This document shows, one piece after another, positions 60,990-64,000 of a stretch of DNA of 64,000 bases. The notes under the pieces are model-generated. The model worked only from the letters and a program-made list of their open reading frames with translations. It did no database searches and was not told the origin of the DNA. Numbering within the stretch: position 1 is the stretch's first letter; each line of letters begins with the position of its first letter. A program made the position numbers and the translations under genes. The stretch is from Gekko japonicus (taxonomy: Eukaryota): assembly GCF_001447785.1 (NCBI RefSeq), contig NW_015173136.1, positions 101,954-165,953 of the forward strand, read 5' to 3'.

Positions 60990-62680
60990 ATTTTTAACTC
61001 TCCAAAGGGAGCCCCTCCCCTGCAGAGCTCTTTTTCCTGCCCAAGGTCACGTGCTCCTCAGGGAGGAGCTCCCCCTTGCCCTCAATCCTTTCTTTGCTGC
61101 CATATTGTGAGGATGTGTTTTCTTCAGCTCCAGGTATCATGAGTTTTCTCGAAGTTTCATTACTCCTGGTGGGCTCTCTCTCCTCTTTGGGAAATGTCAC
61201 GGAAGGCCTTGTTTAAAAAATGTACCCAGTGCAGTACAAAAATGAACCATTCAGATGAACACCTTCTCTGCCTTTTCTGCTTGGGTGAGGCCCTAACAGC
61301 GACATCCAAGATCTGCCTGTAATATATCCCGAAAGCCCACTCAGATCCAGCAGCGCGCTGGAAGGCAAGCTTGTCGGAGAAAGCGCTCTTTTGTTCTAAT
61401 AGCCTGGCAGAGAAAACTTGTGCCCCAGCTGAGCACAGTCAAACCTTGCTTTTGAAGTTACTGGTTAGAACTGACCAACTTGCAAGCCCACCACAGCAGC
61501 GTGCTGGAAGGCAAGCTTGCCGGAGAAAGCACTCTTTTGTTCTAATAGCCTGGCACAGAAAACTTGTGCCCCAGCTGAGCACAGTCAATCCTTGCTTTTG
61601 AAGTTACTGGTTAGGACCAACTTGCAAGCCCACCACAGAACTGAAGCATCAGGTCCAATCGTCCGCTCATTCAGCTGAACGCTGCATGTTGGAACCTCCG
61701 CCTAAGAAAGCCTGTTCCAAATCCAAACATAAGGAAAAGCATTGGTCTAGTTCCAAGAATCCCAGAATTGCTCCCAGAATTGATTAATTATTTGATCCCA
61801 GCTAAATCAGCTTTGGTTCCAACGAAACAGAGAGGAGTCTCCTACCATGAACGCCTACTCCACATTCCTCCCTGGCTCATTCTTCTCAGAAGGGGAAATA
61901 GATCTTGGCCAAGGTGCATAGGTGATCATTGGAACCAGGGCACTAGTTGACCATTGGAACCATCCTCCCCAGAGGCAGAGGAGTTTTATGCTTCTGCCTC
62001 CTTGGCAAGGCTACCCTTATTATTTTCCTTCACCTAGACATGAAGAATGGAGTGACTGGCAATCGTGAAAAGCACCTCCAGAACCGAGACACCCCCTTTT
62101 CATAGAACAGTGATGCTGCGGGTCTGGCAGTTTGGTATCCTCCTGCAGTCTCTCCTCACCTCCTTATGGGGTACTCGGATTCCAAGGAAGAGCAGGCTTT
62201 GAGAGCTGACTTCCCTTCTGGTCTAGGCTCAGACTTTACCATCGGACCCTTCCCCTTATGACACTACAGGGGACCCTGATCCAGTGTCACCTAATGAAGA
62301 TCTGAAGCTCTACGCAGAACAAATGATACAAATGGCTAAATTGTTGGAACTACAACTGACCTCAAGTAACCCAAGACCTTGAGACATGATTTTAGGCAAG
62401 CTGTATGCAGAGTCACCTGGTATAATCCCTATCTTGGAGGGTATTGCCAACATCTCTAAGGTCCTCTGGCAGAAACCAGCTAGCATGGCTGCCACATCCA
62501 AAAAGGTGGAGAATTTATACAGGGTACAACAAGAAGGTCATACATATTTATTCTGCCATCCTCTGGCTTCATCCTTTATAGCCAAGGAGATGCAAGTGAA
62601 ACAGCGTGCAGATTCACATTCCTCACCAGCTGACAAAGAGGGGTGAAAAATTGATGCAGCTAATAGAAAAGTTTAGGGCA
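60990..62680 (+). mobile_element. DIRS-type retrotransposon 5' half (degraded ORF1)
   Basis: ATG at 61194: MSRKALFKKCTQCSTKMNHSDEHLLCLFCLGEA (C/H-rich N-terminus typical of DIRS ORF1; missing from the ORF track). Later PVSPNEDLKLYAEQMIQMAKLLEL and LWQKPASMAATSKKVENLY...LFCHP...PADKEG. Internal 146-bp tandem duplication at 61348-61638. Confidence 0.8.
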
Positions 62681-62684
62681 GGGA

Positions 62685-63154
62685 TAGGGATGGGCATGGA
62701 CCGGAAAAGAAGTGGTTCATGGTTCATGGCCCCACAAATGCCGTTGAAAAGGACCATAGTCCCTTTAAATGGGGTTTACAGAAAGCCCGGAAAGCAGCTG
62801 AGCAATGAGGACTACAGAGAACAGCCTGAGACAGCTGAGCGGTGGGGGGAGGCACTACCCGCCACTCAGCTGTTTCGGACTGTCTTGTGCAGTCCCTTTA
62901 AAGTTTAAAGGGAGTCCTCAAGAAAGACCAAAAAACAGCTGTTCCCACTGCTTAGCTGCTTTTGTGGCTTTTGTGGCTTTCAGAAGGGAACTTTTAGCAG
63001 GGGTTCTGCTCTGTCCTGGAGCCACCACAAACTGCTTTAAAAGTTTGTGGAAGTTTATGAGGGTAGATCCATCACGAACTTCAGTTCATGAATCATGAAT
63101 GGGGCAAAATTCGTGATGAATTTTGCTTCATGGTTCAGTTCATGCCCATCCCTA
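62685..63154. mobile_element. hAT MITE with TAGGGATGGGCATG ends, no TSD
   Basis: TAGGGATGGGCATGGACC / GTTCATGCCCATCCCTA, related to 59057-59511. Flanks GGCAGGGA and GATTTGAA do not match. Confidence 0.85.
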
Positions 63155-64000
63155 GATTTGAATCAACCCCAGCCCCCCCCCCCCAAGCTCAAGCCTAATA
63201 ATGAAGGCACTGCCTCTAAAGCTTATGTATTTTACCTGCCTTGGATATTGATTGCACTAATCTTTCATTTACTAACATTTTAAGGGATAGTGCATAAATG
63301 TTTGAAAACAAAGAACCCACAGCATTGTGGTTGTATAGCACAATGATCCCATGTACCAAAATTTGCAGGCTAGGCTGGTCTGATTCTCATTTGGTTCTGT
63401 AGTGTATCATGATTATATATAGTTCAAGTTAACATATATTCTGGTCCGTATTGAACACTGAGTGAGAGCCAAGATGGAGTCAGAAAGAACACCAAGGACC
63501 ACATTTTCCTTTGGTAGCAATCTTTCTTAAACTAATTTATTTTGTTTGTAAGTGTGGTATTTCTCCCCCAAATTAATGAGGACCCTCAGGGAAGCCATCA
63601 CAAAGCCTGGTTTTTACACCAGTGTGAAGAAAAAGCTGCTATACTGTTAAGGTAGTTTGCTCCAGTAATTTCCAAAAGAAAAGTTTGAGTGCTGAAACCT
63701 GCCTGAAATGCCAGTTCTAAAATTGGAAGAAAACTTCATAATCCAAGATATGTGGAAGCTGATTCCAGTTACACTGGATATATTTTTAGTACTCCACATA
63801 TTCCTACTCGTAGTATACATCACATATTTGTTAAATTAGCCCTGATAAATCTTCTGGGTCTGAGTTTTAGAATCTCTGGCTTAAATTACTCCTGGTTGGC
63901 TCATACTTTGTATGTGTGGTATTATTAATTTCAAAGCAATTCTTGGTAGACTCTATCTGTTGAGTTTATCATTGCCCAGTAGCATTGGCTCTTACTTACT

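Overview
This is vertebrate genomic DNA, not prokaryotic. The repeats (Squam3-type tRNA SINEs, 5S-rRNA-headed SINEs, Bov-B/RTE, CR1, L2, Penelope and DIRS relics, many hAT MITEs) point to a squamate reptile, probably a gecko. Three N gaps suggest a draft assembly. I found no intact host protein-coding exon; almost all supplied ORFs are chance frames or transposon relics. The main host feature is a CpG-island promoter (about 15.6-18.3 kb) with a probable non-coding first exon on the + strand ending at a strong donor (17001/17002). About 47 kb of probable intron follows. I could not identify the gene. Everything else is a dense nest of transposable elements, and many boundaries can be fixed to the base by TIRs and 8-bp or 3-bp target-site duplications (TSDs). 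Best leads: (i) a 110-bp-arm hairpin at 54825-55120 in which 14 of 16 transition differences keep G:U pairing on the + strand; (ii) a 3.3-kb composite hAT element carrying a transposase tail, two minisatellites (one made of 51-bp hairpin units) and a nested hAT; (iii) an internal module shared by MITEs with unrelated ends; (iv) a candidate 29-nt exon ending in ATG; (v) decayed Penelope hammerhead motifs. I do not see good evidence for a new coding system. Family names come from recalled consensus features, not database searches, and all counts were done by hand.
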